This document shows positions 1 to 10,120 of a DNA stretch of 64,000 nucleotides, in pieces (positions within the stretch are counted from its first letter, which is position 1; every line of letters begins with the position of its first letter). The stretch comes from a virus: positions 1 to 64,000 of the IMG/VR virus record IMGVR_UViG_3300042904_000405; one strand, 5' to 3'. Both the position numbers and the translations under genes were made by a program. The notes beneath the pieces are model-generated. The model ran no database searches, had not been told where the DNA came from, and saw only the letters and a list, made by a program, of their open reading frames with translations.

Positions 1-646
1 GACCATGGCGACCGACCTGCAGAAGGTCTTCGACGACGCCGCCGTGGCGCTGTGGGACTCGGTCTCCAACCCGACGACGGCCCAGCAGCGGATGATCCGC
101 AATCAGTTCACGGGGTATGGCCTCGGCTTCCAGAGCTTGAACACTGGCGCGATCCTCGGCTCGCAGAACGCGGCTGGGTTCCTCGACATCGCCGAGCGCA
201 TCTCGGACTTCATCCGCACGCAGCTCGCCGCCGGCGACGACGTGCGCGCCGTCACCAGCCAGGCTCGCGGGTACGTCGATCAGCTCCGGGCAGTGTCCGC
301 CCAGTACGGCGCCAGCAGCGCCGAGGTGGAGCACCTCCTCGCCTCCCTCGGCCTCACCGACTCCGCCATGGCCCAGCTCGTCGCCGAGGTGGATGCGCTG
401 CGCGCCGAGGCGAGCCGCACCGTGCCGGCGAGCGACCCGGAGGCAGCCAAGGCCGCCGAGGAAGAGGCCAAGCGACGCGACGAGGAGGCGAAGAAGCGCG
501 AGGAGCAGACGCAGGCGCTCATGCTCGAGCTGCTCCGCATCGCCGTCGCGAAGCCCACCAGCGTTGAGGTGTCCATCCCGTACGGCGACCCGGAGGCCGT
601 CGCTCTCGCCACCATGAACCGAATCGCCGACAGCCTCAGCGTCTGA
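1..646 (+). CDS. Tape measure protein, C-terminal part (probably 5'-truncated by window edge)
   Basis: Ala-rich helical/coiled-coil sequence, frame open to the window edge, directly upstream of the distal tail gene. Confidence 0.7.
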   Translation, partial: TMATDLQKVFDDAAVALWDSVSNPTTAQQRMIRNQFTGYGLGFQSLNTGAILGSQNAAGFLDIAERISDFIRTQLAAGDDVRAVTSQARGYVDQLRAVSAQYGASSAEVEHLLASLGLTDSAMAQLVAEVDALRAEASRTVPASDPEAAKAAEEEAKRRDEEAKKREEQTQALMLELLRIAVAKPTSVEVSIPYGDPEAVALATMNRIADSLSV

Positions 647-664
647 CCATAGGATCGTGGCCCA

Positions 665-3397
665 GTGACCTATCACCATCAGTGGCTCTACCTGCGCGAC
701 GAGACCGACGCGCACGAGGTGTTCAACGGGGCCCGGACGGCGGCATACCTGAAGAACCCAGCGCTCAACAACCTCGGCTGCGCCAAGATCTCCAACGTCC
801 TCGACTTCGGCGGGTGCGAGGCCTACGCCTACGACCCGCCGTGCGACGACGACTCCTACGAGGTGCTGGGGTACAGCGACGGGTATGTCGACTTCCCCGG
901 CATTGCGGGCAACTACCTGTCCACCCCGGACGCAGCCCTCTGGGACATCCTGGGCGACGTCACCTTCATCGCTCGGATCGCACCGGACAACTGGGCGACG
1001 GGAGGGCTCCAGACGATCGTCGCGAAGAGATCCGGCGCGACGCAGCACTCGTACCGGTTCTTCGTGAACTTCGATGGCACCCTCCTGCTCAACACGACCC
1101 CGACCGGCCTCGATGCGGCGACCATAACGGCGACCTCAACTGCGCCCGTGGCGGCCGCGCCCGGCGAGTGGATGTGGGTCGCAGTGAGTCTCGACGTGGC
1201 AGATGGGGCCAACCGGACGACGAAGTTCTGGGTGTCTGCCGACGCCCCCGAACCGTCGTGGACGCAGCTGGGGGCGACCATCTCGATTGCTGGCAACACG
1301 ACGATCTTCAACTCAACGTCCCCGGTTGAGGTGGGCTCCAACAATGCCGGCCTGAACAACCTGTTCGCCGGCAAGATCAGCCACGTTTACGTCCGAGCGG
1401 GGATCACGGCGTCGCACGTCAAGCCCGCCCCCCTGACAGACATCATCTCGTATGGGGGATTCGTTCCCGCTGACCTTCCACTCAACTCGGTGAGCACCTT
1501 TTTCGCGTCGTCCTTTGTGGTCTTCACCATCAACCGCGCTGGAGCGGATCAAACGAGGTCGGCGCCACCCCTCGGCGGAGGTCTCTCCCCCGCCCGCGCG
1601 AACCACGTCAACTTCCCGCGGTTTCAGACGAACACGAACGTCTTGACGGTCGCCGACGCGGCGAGCTTCTCCGCCCCGTCTCAACTGGACATTCGCGTGG
1701 CCCTCACGATCTCCCCTCTGAGTCCCGTGAACCGCATCCTGCTGGGCCACTTCGACTTGGCGGGCGTGAGCCTCTCCTGGCGACTCCAGACCAGCTCGTT
1801 CAATCGCTTGGTCCTGCTCACCAGCACGAACGGCTCCACGTCCGTCAACGCCCTCTCGAGTGTCCCCGTTACGACGGACGAGGATCTCTTCCTGCTGAGA
1901 GTGACCTGGCGGTCCAGCGACGGGAGGGTGCAGTACTTCCGCAAGGACACCACCCCCGACACCATCGACGCCGACAAGGCATCGAACACCGGATGGACGC
2001 AGCTCGGAGTCAATGCCACCGCCGCAGTGGGGACGCTCTTCAACTCCACCTCTCCCCTCACGATCGGCAACCTCTCCCTCACCGGTGCGTCCAGTCCATG
2101 GAATGGCGACATCTACGCCTTGTCGGTGGCGACCACCATCGACGGGGCGCCCGTCGTGGACATCAAGACCGATAACTGGCCCCGGGTGAACGACATGGCG
2201 TCGTTCCCGATTGCCGCCGGAGGTCCGGTGGCCGTGACCCGGGCCACGTCCGGGGCGGCTCTCGACTTCGTCTTCGCGGAGCTGGATGATTGGGATGTCG
2301 GCGAGTACTCCGACCCCATGTTCGACCCGGCCCCGTGGTACAGCGAGAACATCCCCGAGTCCGGCGACGTCATGGGCTTCTTCATTGAGGAGTGGACCGG
2401 CCTCGACAACCGCCACACGAAGCGCACCGCCACCAGGACAGGCCGACCGGGGGGAGGCGGCCAGCTCGGCAAGCTGGACTCGTCGGAGCGGGTGATGAAG
2501 CTCAACGTGCTCGTACTCGGCCTCAGCGAGCGCGCGCTCGACCATGCGTTCAACTGGCTCGCCGGCCGACTCGGCAACGCATGCGCCACGTGCGCCACCA
2601 GCTCTCTCCTGCTCCGTCGGTTCTGCCCGGACTCCGAAGAGGAGAACCTCTGGAGCGGCGTGGCCGAGCTGCGCGAGGTCGGCCTCATCGAAGACCTCTC
2701 ATGGGAGGACGAGCCGGTGAAGAACGGTGGGTGCTTCATCCGGCGGCTCTCGTTCACCATCGCCGCCGGCGACCCGTGCATGTACTCGGCGTCCTCGGCC
2801 GCCCCCGGCCTCGTCGACACTGGGGTCATGGCCACCTGCCTGACTTCCCTGCCGATCGGCCCCGACAAGGTGGACTGCCGACCGATGTGTAGCGACATGC
2901 CGGACACATGCCGCAACGTCTTCACGTTCGAGGTCGGCGAGGCAACAGGTGTTGTCGCCCCGATCGTCACGCTCACCAACGACAACTCCGCCCCCGTCGT
3001 CCCGCTCCGCCTCATCTGCTACGCCGACCCCAACGAGGACGGAGTCGTTCCGAATCCTTGCGGTCTGCCGATCCTTGGCGAGATCTACACGCAGGTGATC
3101 CCGCCGTGGACCGAGCTGGTCTGGGACGTCGCGGCACGCAAGGTGCTCTACAGCGACAACAGCACCGTGGGTCTCGAGGGCGGCTTCCGCCTGATGGACG
3201 CCGTCGACCCGCCGTTCCAGCGCTTCTTTGCGTTGCCCTGCGGGACGTCGCACATCGTCATTGAGCCAGCCACGACGTGCTTGACCCGGGACGCGCCGAA
3301 CCTGCGCTACACCTACGGCGGCTACATCTTCGACGACTCAACGCTCCACTTCCCGACGATGTCGTTGCGGTTGCAAGAGCGCTCTGGCTGCGCCTGA
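665..3397 (+). CDS. Distal tail (Dit-like) minor tail protein with two inserted LamG/ConA-like carbohydrate-binding domains
   Basis: Follows tape measure; two related beta-rich segments each with W..LG...T.FNSTSP..IG/VG; C-terminal part Cys-rich and resembling actinophage minor tail proteins (DPAPWY, TIAAGDPCMY). Confidence 0.7.
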   Translation: MTYHHQWLYLRDETDAHEVFNGARTAAYLKNPALNNLGCAKISNVLDFGGCEAYAYDPPCDDDSYEVLGYSDGYVDFPGIAGNYLSTPDAALWDILGDVTFIARIAPDNWATGGLQTIVAKRSGATQHSYRFFVNFDGTLLLNTTPTGLDAATITATSTAPVAAAPGEWMWVAVSLDVADGANRTTKFWVSADAPEPSWTQLGATISIAGNTTIFNSTSPVEVGSNNAGLNNLFAGKISHVYVRAGITASHVKPAPLTDIISYGGFVPADLPLNSVSTFFASSFVVFTINRAGADQTRSAPPLGGGLSPARANHVNFPRFQTNTNVLTVADAASFSAPSQLDIRVALTISPLSPVNRILLGHFDLAGVSLSWRLQTSSFNRLVLLTSTNGSTSVNALSSVPVTTDEDLFLLRVTWRSSDGRVQYFRKDTTPDTIDADKASNTGWTQLGVNATAAVGTLFNSTSPLTIGNLSLTGASSPWNGDIYALSVATTIDGAPVVDIKTDNWPRVNDMASFPIAAGGPVAVTRATSGAALDFVFAELDDWDVGEYSDPMFDPAPWYSENIPESGDVMGFFIEEWTGLDNRHTKRTATRTGRPGGGGQLGKLDSSERVMKLNVLVLGLSERALDHAFNWLAGRLGNACATCATSSLLLRRFCPDSEEENLWSGVAELREVGLIEDLSWEDEPVKNGGCFIRRLSFTIAAGDPCMYSASSAAPGLVDTGVMATCLTSLPIGPDKVDCRPMCSDMPDTCRNVFTFEVGEATGVVAPIVTLTNDNSAPVVPLRLICYADPNEDGVVPNPCGLPILGEIYTQVIPPWTELVWDVAARKVLYSDNSTVGLEGGFRLMDAVDPPFQRFFALPCGTSHIVIEPATTCLTRDAPNLRYTYGGYIFDDSTLHFPTMSLRLQERSGCA

Positions 3398-5340
3398 TGG
3401 CACGCCCCCGCATCACCGCCGTCTCGGAGATGGTCTTCTCCGACGCGTCATCCAGCTCCGCCCTCGACGTCCCCCTGCCCTTCCACCAGAAGGACGACGT
3501 CATCGTCCTGGCTGCGCAGATCTTCCCGTCCCCCCTGGGGCCCGTGTACCCAGCGGCGCCCGCTGGGTGGCAGGCCACCACTGCAAGTTTGTACAGCGGC
3601 AGGGACTACTTCATGAACTCCGCCGCGGTCGTCATCTGGTGGTGGCGGCGCGCCACGGACAGCGCGACGCCGACCCCCCGGATCGTCCCGGGCACCCCTG
3701 CTGGGTTCGCCGACCTCGAGCACAACATGGGCGCCTTCGCCTTCGTGGTTCGCGACTGCGTCACGTTCGGTGACCCCTTTGAGAGCAGGACGCGCTCAGG
3801 CGGCACCCAGACCGACAACACTCCGACGTCGCCTACGGCATCCACCAATCCCGACTCGCTCATGATCGTGCTGGCCACCGCAACGAGCAGTGGACTCACA
3901 ACCATCGGATCGCCGGGGCAGGGGTTCTCCTTCGTCGCTCGCAAGGTCAGCTTCTACAACGCTGGCTCCACGGGGATCATCTTCACCCGACCGGTGGAGG
4001 CGGAGACGGTCGGGGCATCGTTCCTCGGGTTCGACTACAACGACAGCAACCCGTCCACCTTCTACAACGTCTTCACGTTCGTCGCCATCCCCACGGCGAG
4101 CGTTGGCGTCGGCATCATCCCAGCCACGGCGGTGCCGATCCGCGGCATGGCGCGCGGCTCCAAGAACCGGCCGGTCCTGGGGTGCGCCAGCGAGTACGAG
4201 GCGATCATCACCGGCAATGACTACGAGACTCGGATCGATGCGGTCCGGTGGTCCAACATCACATGGGAGCGTGTGCTCGACGAGATCTCCACCGCCAGCG
4301 TCGTCGTTCCCGACGAGTGGGGTGGCGTGGCGTGCTGCGCCAAGTACGGCGGCCTCAAGCCGTGGCGCTACGGCATGACGATCGAGCGCGACGGGATGCC
4401 TGTGTGGAAGGGGCCGGTCACATCGGTGGCGCGCAGCGACGGGCGGATCACGATCAGTTGCAGCGACACGTTCTCCCGGTTCCGCAAGCGCCTCGCCACC
4501 AGGACGGAGTCGCTGCGCTTCGTCTCCAACGATGTGGGGCAGATGTTCGCCTACATCCTCAACGTCTCAGCGCGAGTGCCCACGGACGCCTTCGTCTTCA
4601 ACGTGCCGCAGCCCGCCGTCGGCGTGGCGATCACCCGCAACGTGGTGGCCCGAGAGTTCAACTACGCCTGGGACGTCGTAGAGGATCTCCTCGACTCATC
4701 GATCGATGCCTACGTGCTCGCCGGCGTGCCGGTCGTCTTCCAGCCGAACGTCGGTTGGCTCTTCATCGGCCCTCTCAACGAGCAGTACTACCTCAACACC
4801 GAGCAGGCCGCGGCCGTCACGTCGGGCGGCGACACCGTCTACGGGATGTTCACCCAGGAAGCCTTCACCGAGATCCCGCAGTGGACGATCAACGGCATGG
4901 CGCAGGCCAACACCGGATGGGCGCCCGGCGCCGACTCCGGCCAGGGGGGCTTCCGTAAGTTCTGGACCGCGCAGATCGACGATGACCTTCCCTATGACAG
5001 CGTGCTCGACATCGTGGAGACCGCCGAGCTGTACCGGGCCGGCGAAGGCGAAGTGGAGCCGGACGACTCGGCGTTCCAGCGGCGGGTCGACTCTCTTGTT
5101 GCCCTGCGCGCCATCGCTCCAGCGGTGATTGACTCGGTGAGCCTGTCCGCCGAGGCGCCGGTCAACGTGGAGAACCTGCGACCCGGATCGATCTGGACGA
5201 TGGACGTGTTCGACGCATGCTGGGGGCAGTTGCTTGCTGCGGGACGCGTGAAGCGGGTGCGTGGCAGTGTGCAGGCGGGCGAGGACGAGAAGATCGCTGT
5301 GACACTCCAGCCGCTGGGCTACACGGAAGGCGCTCTCTGA
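3397..5340 (+). CDS. Minor tail protein (baseplate hub/Tal-like) with extra N-terminal beta-sandwich domain
   Basis: ATG coupled to upstream TGA (TGATG, 3395-3399); motif WERVLDEISTASV..KPWRYGMTIERDG.PVWKGPV typical of siphovirus hub proteins. Confidence 0.75.
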   Translation: MARPRITAVSEMVFSDASSSSALDVPLPFHQKDDVIVLAAQIFPSPLGPVYPAAPAGWQATTASLYSGRDYFMNSAAVVIWWWRRATDSATPTPRIVPGTPAGFADLEHNMGAFAFVVRDCVTFGDPFESRTRSGGTQTDNTPTSPTASTNPDSLMIVLATATSSGLTTIGSPGQGFSFVARKVSFYNAGSTGIIFTRPVEAETVGASFLGFDYNDSNPSTFYNVFTFVAIPTASVGVGIIPATAVPIRGMARGSKNRPVLGCASEYEAIITGNDYETRIDAVRWSNITWERVLDEISTASVVVPDEWGGVACCAKYGGLKPWRYGMTIERDGMPVWKGPVTSVARSDGRITISCSDTFSRFRKRLATRTESLRFVSNDVGQMFAYILNVSARVPTDAFVFNVPQPAVGVAITRNVVAREFNYAWDVVEDLLDSSIDAYVLAGVPVVFQPNVGWLFIGPLNEQYYLNTEQAAAVTSGGDTVYGMFTQEAFTEIPQWTINGMAQANTGWAPGADSGQGGFRKFWTAQIDDDLPYDSVLDIVETAELYRAGEGEVEPDDSAFQRRVDSLVALRAIAPAVIDSVSLSAEAPVNVENLRPGSIWTMDVFDACWGQLLAAGRVKRVRGSVQAGEDEKIAVTLQPLGYTEGAL

Positions 5341-5864
5341 TGGGTGACCGGAACCTGACCGAGCCGACGATGGCCATGCAGCAGATGCTGACCGGGCTGC
5401 GCGACGGGCAGGCCCGCACGCGCAACCGGCAACGGTGGCAGGGAGCGATCCAGCCGTCGGCCCCCGGCTCTGGCTCGAGCATTACGGACGGCAACGACGT
5501 GGCGCTGGCGAGCCTCGTGCTCGACCCGGGCTCGTGGTTCCTCATGGTGAGGATCGGCGTCGAGATCTCGTCGGGCCCCGGCACCGCGACGTTCATCGGG
5601 TCTGAGCGCATGACGGCCCTGCTGCGAACGTACCTGCCGGACTCCAGCTCCCTGCTTGAAGTGGTCGACCAGGAGACACTGTCACCGTCCGTCGTGGCGG
5701 ACACGTCCTCGGGCGGCTTCTACGCGGGATCCCTCACGCTGTTCGGCCCGATCTCCTACGACGACCAGGTGGAGGTGCGGGCCGGGGGCCGGATCATCGG
5801 ACCCGACGACGCTGGCCGCTTCGTCTCGTGGCACTCAACCAAGATCATGGCCTTGCCGTTCTGA
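5340..5864 (+). CDS. Minor tail protein
   Basis: TGATG-coupled start; synteny within tail-tip module. Confidence 0.6.
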   Translation: MGDRNLTEPTMAMQQMLTGLRDGQARTRNRQRWQGAIQPSAPGSGSSITDGNDVALASLVLDPGSWFLMVRIGVEISSGPGTATFIGSERMTALLRTYLPDSSSLLEVVDQETLSPSVVADTSSGGFYAGSLTLFGPISYDDQVEVRAGGRIIGPDDAGRFVSWHSTKIMALPF

Positions 5865-5876
5865 CAGGATGTACCC

Positions 5877-6500
5877 GTGAGTCTCTGCCCCCCGTCGCGA
5901 TGCGGCTGCACGATCACGTCGTCATCGTTGAGTGTCCAGGCCAAGGCTGGCGGCGTCGGCTACAACCTCGAGACCTACGACGGCATCGCCACCGAGATCC
6001 CGGACACGCGCCCCGAGTCCGGCGAGCGGTTCGACGGGATGCGCGTGTTCACCACCGACACGCGCAGCGTGTGGATGTGGAACGCGCCGTCGGGCAAGTG
6101 GCGCCTGAGGTCCAAGCCAGTCACCAGCTTCACCCCCACGACGACCTTCACGCTGGGTGCTGCGACGATCGCCACCAAGTACTGGGTCTCGGATGAGACG
6201 GTCCACTACCAGGGCCGGCTGCTCTGGGGAGCCGGAATGATCTGGGGGATGAACGGCAACGAGATCGACCTCCCCATTCCCGCTTACCCCAACATCCCCC
6301 GCATGGCAGGTGTCGCTAGCTTCTACAACCCGCCGGCAGGCGACGTGTACCCGGCGATCACCGACATCGCCCCCGGTTGGGACACCTTCACCACGTACGC
6401 CCCCGCGCCGGCCGACTTCGCCATCTCCAACACGAACCCCTTCACCTGGGTGGCTGGCGCCGAGATGTGGTGGACCTTCGCCTACCCGCAGGCCCCCTAG
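5877..6500 (+). CDS. Minor tail/receptor-binding protein, paralog 1
   Basis: Starts MSLCPPSRCGC; fibre-head-like C-terminus NPFTW..GAEMWWTFAYP. Confidence 0.6.
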   Translation: MSLCPPSRCGCTITSSSLSVQAKAGGVGYNLETYDGIATEIPDTRPESGERFDGMRVFTTDTRSVWMWNAPSGKWRLRSKPVTSFTPTTTFTLGAATIATKYWVSDETVHYQGRLLWGAGMIWGMNGNEIDLPIPAYPNIPRMAGVASFYNPPAGDVYPAITDIAPGWDTFTTYAPAPADFAISNTNPFTWVAGAEMWWTFAYPQAP

Positions 6501-6511
6501 GAAGGAACGCG

Positions 6512-7165
6512 ATGTCTCTCTGTCCCTCCTCTCGCTGCGGGTGCTCGTTCGATTCGGACACGCTGGAGATCAGCCGCGCCGCCAGCGGGCTCGTCACCAT
6601 CGAGATGCCGGACGCCTACGCCGACGCCTATCCCGTCTTCGTGTTCCTCAACGAGGCCGAGCGCGACGCCGAGTTGCCCAGCCCCGAGGAGGGGATGGAG
6701 GCGCGCATGCGGGCGACCGACGTCAAGTACCGCTACACGGGGAGCGCTTGGCGGATCATCTATCAGCCGATCACGGCGTACACGCCAACGTTCTCCGGCG
6801 TGGTCTCGGCGCTGGGCGCGGTCACGGTGGCGGCGCGCTACTGGCGCGAGGGCGACACCGTCCACTACACGGGCAGGTTTGCCCTCGGGGCGGGGACCAC
6901 GTTCACGGCTGGGCTGAACCTCTTCCGACTGACGTTGCCCGTCATGCAGGAGGGCGGGAACACCTACCCCGTGTGCGGGTCCGGGCGCATGTACGACGCG
7001 AGCACGAACACCAACGCCAGCGCTTCCTGCTCGTTGTTCGTCGCCGGAGAGGCGGTGATCTTCCGCGACGGCGACTTCCAGTTCGGCGACATCAGCGCCA
7101 CGTCGCCCTGGACCTGGGGAACGGGCGACGAGCTTCAGTGGACCCTCTCCTACCCGGCCCTATAG
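6512..7165 (+). CDS. Minor tail/receptor-binding protein, paralog 2
   Basis: SD GAAGGA then MSLCPSSRCGC; C-terminus SPWTWGTGDELQWTLSYP aligns with paralog 1. Confidence 0.6.
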   Translation: MSLCPSSRCGCSFDSDTLEISRAASGLVTIEMPDAYADAYPVFVFLNEAERDAELPSPEEGMEARMRATDVKYRYTGSAWRIIYQPITAYTPTFSGVVSALGAVTVAARYWREGDTVHYTGRFALGAGTTFTAGLNLFRLTLPVMQEGGNTYPVCGSGRMYDASTNTNASASCSLFVAGEAVIFRDGDFQFGDISATSPWTWGTGDELQWTLSYPAL

Positions 7166-7264
7166 CAGGCGGGACGCTGTAGGACCCTCCTGGGACGCTC
7201 CTGATACATGCTTGCGTCATGGGAGAAGACCGACAGAGCGCGGCCGAAGGGTACTGTGACATCT

Positions 7265-7726
7265 ATGCCATCCTTGCGTCCCGCTACGACTTCGACGGGA
7301 CCGTCGACGACGCGCCGCGAGCGGTTGCTGACGTCGTTGAGCCGCCGCGGCGGGGCGATGGGCTGGATCGCATCGACGCACGGCGTGATCATCCTGATGA
7401 CCCTGATCATGCTCGGCATGACGATCGTCATCCTCCTCGACTACCACAGCAACGAGCTGCCTGGGAAGTGGTGGCACGTCGCTGCTTCGTCAACCGCAGT
7501 CGGGTGTGGAGTCTGGGCCATGAGGGCCGGATCAACCCCGACGATCCGATACTGGTGCGGGATCTTCTGGGTCGCCTTCGGGGTGTTGCGGTCCCTCTCC
7601 TGGTTGCTGGCTGGGTCGCTGTCGGGTGCGCTCTCCTGGCTACCATGCGTACTACTGGGTCTGGTGGTATTCGCGAGGCGTGGCTCAGCTCCTTACGTCA
7701 GGGCGGAACATGAACCTCCGACATAA
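7265..7726 (+). CDS. Multi-pass membrane protein (lysis cassette)
   Basis: About four hydrophobic segments; TACTGT 7 nt before the ATG. Confidence 0.6.
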   Translation: MPSLRPATTSTGPSTTRRERLLTSLSRRGGAMGWIASTHGVIILMTLIMLGMTIVILLDYHSNELPGKWWHVAASSTAVGCGVWAMRAGSTPTIRYWCGIFWVAFGVLRSLSWLLAGSLSGALSWLPCVLLGLVVFARRGSAPYVRAEHEPPT

Positions 7727-8081
7727 GAAGGACCCGTGGAAGAACATCACCACAGCGGTGTGCCTGATGATCATGGTCGCGTTCGCGATCGCAAAGATCA
7801 CAGCGGACATCGATCCTGGGCCATACTGGACGGCGTTGCTGGGCGGCGCCCTTGGGATCGGCGTCGTGGCGGGCAACACCAGACAGGATGGCCGTCGTGA
7901 CTCAGAACGAGATCGACCAGATCGAGATCGAGCGCAGGACGTGGTGGACGAAGGGCAGAGTGCCCGCCGCCCCGGTGATGCTGGCGATAGCGATCGTCGC
8001 CGCAGCTTTCGGCTACGCCTTCTGGCAGCAATCAGTGGACCGACACGAAGCGCGCGTTGCCAACTGCGAAGTGCAGGCTGA
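7710..8081 (+). CDS. Small two-TM membrane protein (holin-like)
   Basis: MNLRHKKDPWKNITTAVCLMIMVAFAIA...YWTALLGGALGIGVVAG then charged tail overlapping the next gene. Confidence 0.5.
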   Translation: MNLRHKKDPWKNITTAVCLMIMVAFAIAKITADIDPGPYWTALLGGALGIGVVAGNTRQDGRRDSERDRPDRDRAQDVVDEGQSARRPGDAGDSDRRRSFRLRLLAAISGPTRSARCQLRSAG

Positions 8082-8286
8082 GTTCAGGACGTTCTTCACT
8101 GACTACCTCGCGGATCAGATCGGCACGCCGGTTGAGCAGATCGGCGGCTTCGATCAGCTGTCGCCGCCAGCCAGAGACTTCGCCCTCCAGCTCGCCCCGA
8201 TCGTCGAGGCCGACCGCCTCGAGGACAAGGCAGCGCTCGCCGAGTACATCGCCAAGTTCCCCATCCCGACCTGCCGCGGCCTGTAG
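7888..8286 (+). CDS. Single-TM membrane protein with two Cys in the extracytoplasmic domain (lysis accessory)
   Basis: TM segment VMLAIAIVAAAFGYAFW, helical domain ..ANC..PIPTC; immediately upstream of endolysin. Confidence 0.6.
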   Translation: MAVVTQNEIDQIEIERRTWWTKGRVPAAPVMLAIAIVAAAFGYAFWQQSVDRHEARVANCEVQAEFRTFFTDYLADQIGTPVEQIGGFDQLSPPARDFALQLAPIVEADRLEDKAALAEYIAKFPIPTCRGL

Positions 8287-8303
8287 CGCATAGCATCAGA
8301 CCC

Positions 8304-9140
8304 GTGACCACGACTCGATACCTGACGGCCGCCCAGTGGGGGATGACGTGGTCTCGCCCACCCCAGCCCGAGACCCAGTGGGATCCCGAGACCTACGTGC
8401 ACCATGTCGGCGGCGGAGCGTGGATGGACGGCAGCGCCGAGATGGTGTTCCGCAACCTGAACACGTACGCCCAGAAGACGAAGGGCTACTCGGCCCTCGA
8501 CTACGACGTGCTCGTCCACTACAACCGTCAGACCGACGTCCTCACGATCGCCGAGGGCCGCGGCAAGTACATGAGCGCCGCCACGAAAGACCGCAACGAA
8601 CAGGGCGAAGCCGTCTGCATCTGCGGCAACTACGACCTGCGCGAGCCGCTGGCGATCGAGGTTGAAGGCGTGGCGCTCGGTGTCGTCTACGGCATCAAGA
8701 ACGGCTGGATCCTGCCGACCGCCAAGATCCTCGGCCATCGCGACAACCCGGCCCACCCGAACGCCACCAGCTGCCCCGGCGCCAACATGTACTCCAAGCT
8801 CCCGGTCGTCCGCGCTCGGGTCATCACCCTACTCAACCCGCCCGCCGCACCGATCGGCCCCCTGCCCGTAGGAGACGACGTGAAGTTCTGTGTACACCAG
8901 CCCGTTGAGGGCGACCCGAACGCGCTGTTCATCTACGACCACACCAGCGCCGTCCAGATCGCCTGGCCGGGTCACGAGCTGAAGCTGATCGCCCAGCTGT
9001 GGGACCTCGAGGACCAGGGCGTCGCCTTCAACTCTCCCCGCGGCAAGCCAGGCCAGGCGGACCGGATGGTGCCGGTGCCGTTCACCCTCAACGAGTGGCA
9101 GCAGGGCACGTTCGAGAACGCCCGCAAGGCGAGCAGCTAG
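8304..9140 (+). CDS. Endolysin, N-acetylmuramoyl-L-alanine amidase (Amidase_2/PGRP-like)
   Basis: YVHHVGG, YDVLVH, EGRG, GHRD and ATSCPG zinc-amidase motifs. Confidence 0.9.
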   Translation: MTTTRYLTAAQWGMTWSRPPQPETQWDPETYVHHVGGGAWMDGSAEMVFRNLNTYAQKTKGYSALDYDVLVHYNRQTDVLTIAEGRGKYMSAATKDRNEQGEAVCICGNYDLREPLAIEVEGVALGVVYGIKNGWILPTAKILGHRDNPAHPNATSCPGANMYSKLPVVRARVITLLNPPAAPIGPLPVGDDVKFCVHQPVEGDPNALFIYDHTSAVQIAWPGHELKLIAQLWDLEDQGVAFNSPRGKPGQADRMVPVPFTLNEWQQGTFENARKASS

Positions 9141-9175
9141 ACGAATCCGCCTCAGCGGTAGTACGACTGGTGGCC

Positions 9176-9571
9176 GTGGAGAACTTCCTTCCGACTGCCG
9201 CGTTGGCCGCCACCGTGCTCGCCATCGTCAACCTGTTGCGCTACGCCCGGGGCCGGGACTGGAACGGCGTCCTCACGCAGCTGACCGTCTGGGGCTCAGG
9301 CGTCGCCGGCGTTTCCATCTTCGCGCAGTCAGCGTGGGGCGAAGCGATCAGCCTCGGCGGCGCCCTCCCCCTGTCGAAGCTCGGCTGGGCGTCGCTGGTC
9401 ATCGTTGGTCTCCAGGTCGGCTCGGCCGCCACGGTGGTCAACGAGTTCCGTGGCGCCATCGACCGCTCGACGACCACGGCGAAGCCCCGTCTGCTGACCG
9501 GCAACACGGTGCGCCTGGTCGACTCCAACGAGCGGGTCGTCGTCGATCCGCCGCCGCCCGTCGACCAGTGA
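9176..9571 (+). CDS. Holin
   Basis: Three hydrophobic segments, follows endolysin; start GTG 9170 or 9176. Confidence 0.7.
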   Translation: MENFLPTAALAATVLAIVNLLRYARGRDWNGVLTQLTVWGSGVAGVSIFAQSAWGEAISLGGALPLSKLGWASLVIVGLQVGSAATVVNEFRGAIDRSTTTAKPRLLTGNTVRLVDSNERVVVDPPPPVDQ

Positions 9572-9600
9572 TCCTCTGACCCCTCTGAAAGGACTGACCG

Positions 9601-9975
9601 ATGGGCAAGGCAACGCCTGATGCCGTTCTGGACACCATGTTGACGGACATCGCCACGTCGACCGTCCTTCACGTCACCTCCGCCGAGCCGGCGAACTTCG
9701 CTGGCATCGCCGCCGTCTCCCTCGCCGACGTCACCATGACGGCCGGCTCGGGCAACGGCGACTACACGATCGCCAACGGCGACGTCTCCGGCCGCAAGCT
9801 CTCCGTGCTTGCCCAGAACGCCGTGCCCGTCGACGCTTCCGGCACAGCGACGCACATCGTGCTCGCCACCGGCTCGGTGCTCAAGTACGTCACCACCTGC
9901 ACGTCGCAGGCCTTGACGTCCGGCAACACGGTCAACGTCCCTGCATGGGACATCGAGATCGCCGACCCGACGTAA
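9601..9975 (+). CDS. Small virion structural protein (fibre-associated)
   Basis: SD AAAGGA; beta-rich; ends LTSGNTVNVPAWDIEIADP, a type commonly found before phage fibre genes. Confidence 0.6.
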   Translation: MGKATPDAVLDTMLTDIATSTVLHVTSAEPANFAGIAAVSLADVTMTAGSGNGDYTIANGDVSGRKLSVLAQNAVPVDASGTATHIVLATGSVLKYVTTCTSQALTSGNTVNVPAWDIEIADPT

Positions 9976-9985
9976 GGTGTCGGGC

Positions 9986-10120
9986 ATGAGCCCCACCGAA
10001 GAGCCTTGCGACGAACCGGTCGAGGAGACCGAGGATCACAGCGAGGTCGAAGCTCCCGTGACCCTCGAGGTGCACTCCACCCGCCACACAGGCGTGAGCG
10101 CGTTCGGCGGCCGCAAGTGA
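9986..10120 (+). CDS. Small acidic hypothetical protein (44 aa, not in ORF track)
   Basis: TAAGGT-7nt-ATG; MSPTEEPCDEPVEETED...; stop overlaps next GTG (GTGA). Confidence 0.5.
   Translation: MSPTEEPCDEPVEETEDHSEVEAPVTLEVHSTRHTGVSAFGGRK

Noticed and set aside
5877-7165. Diversity-generating retroelement VR/TR pair in the paralogous fibre genes
   Set aside because: Similarity is only at protein level, there is no adenine-specific near-identical repeat, and no reverse transcriptase.
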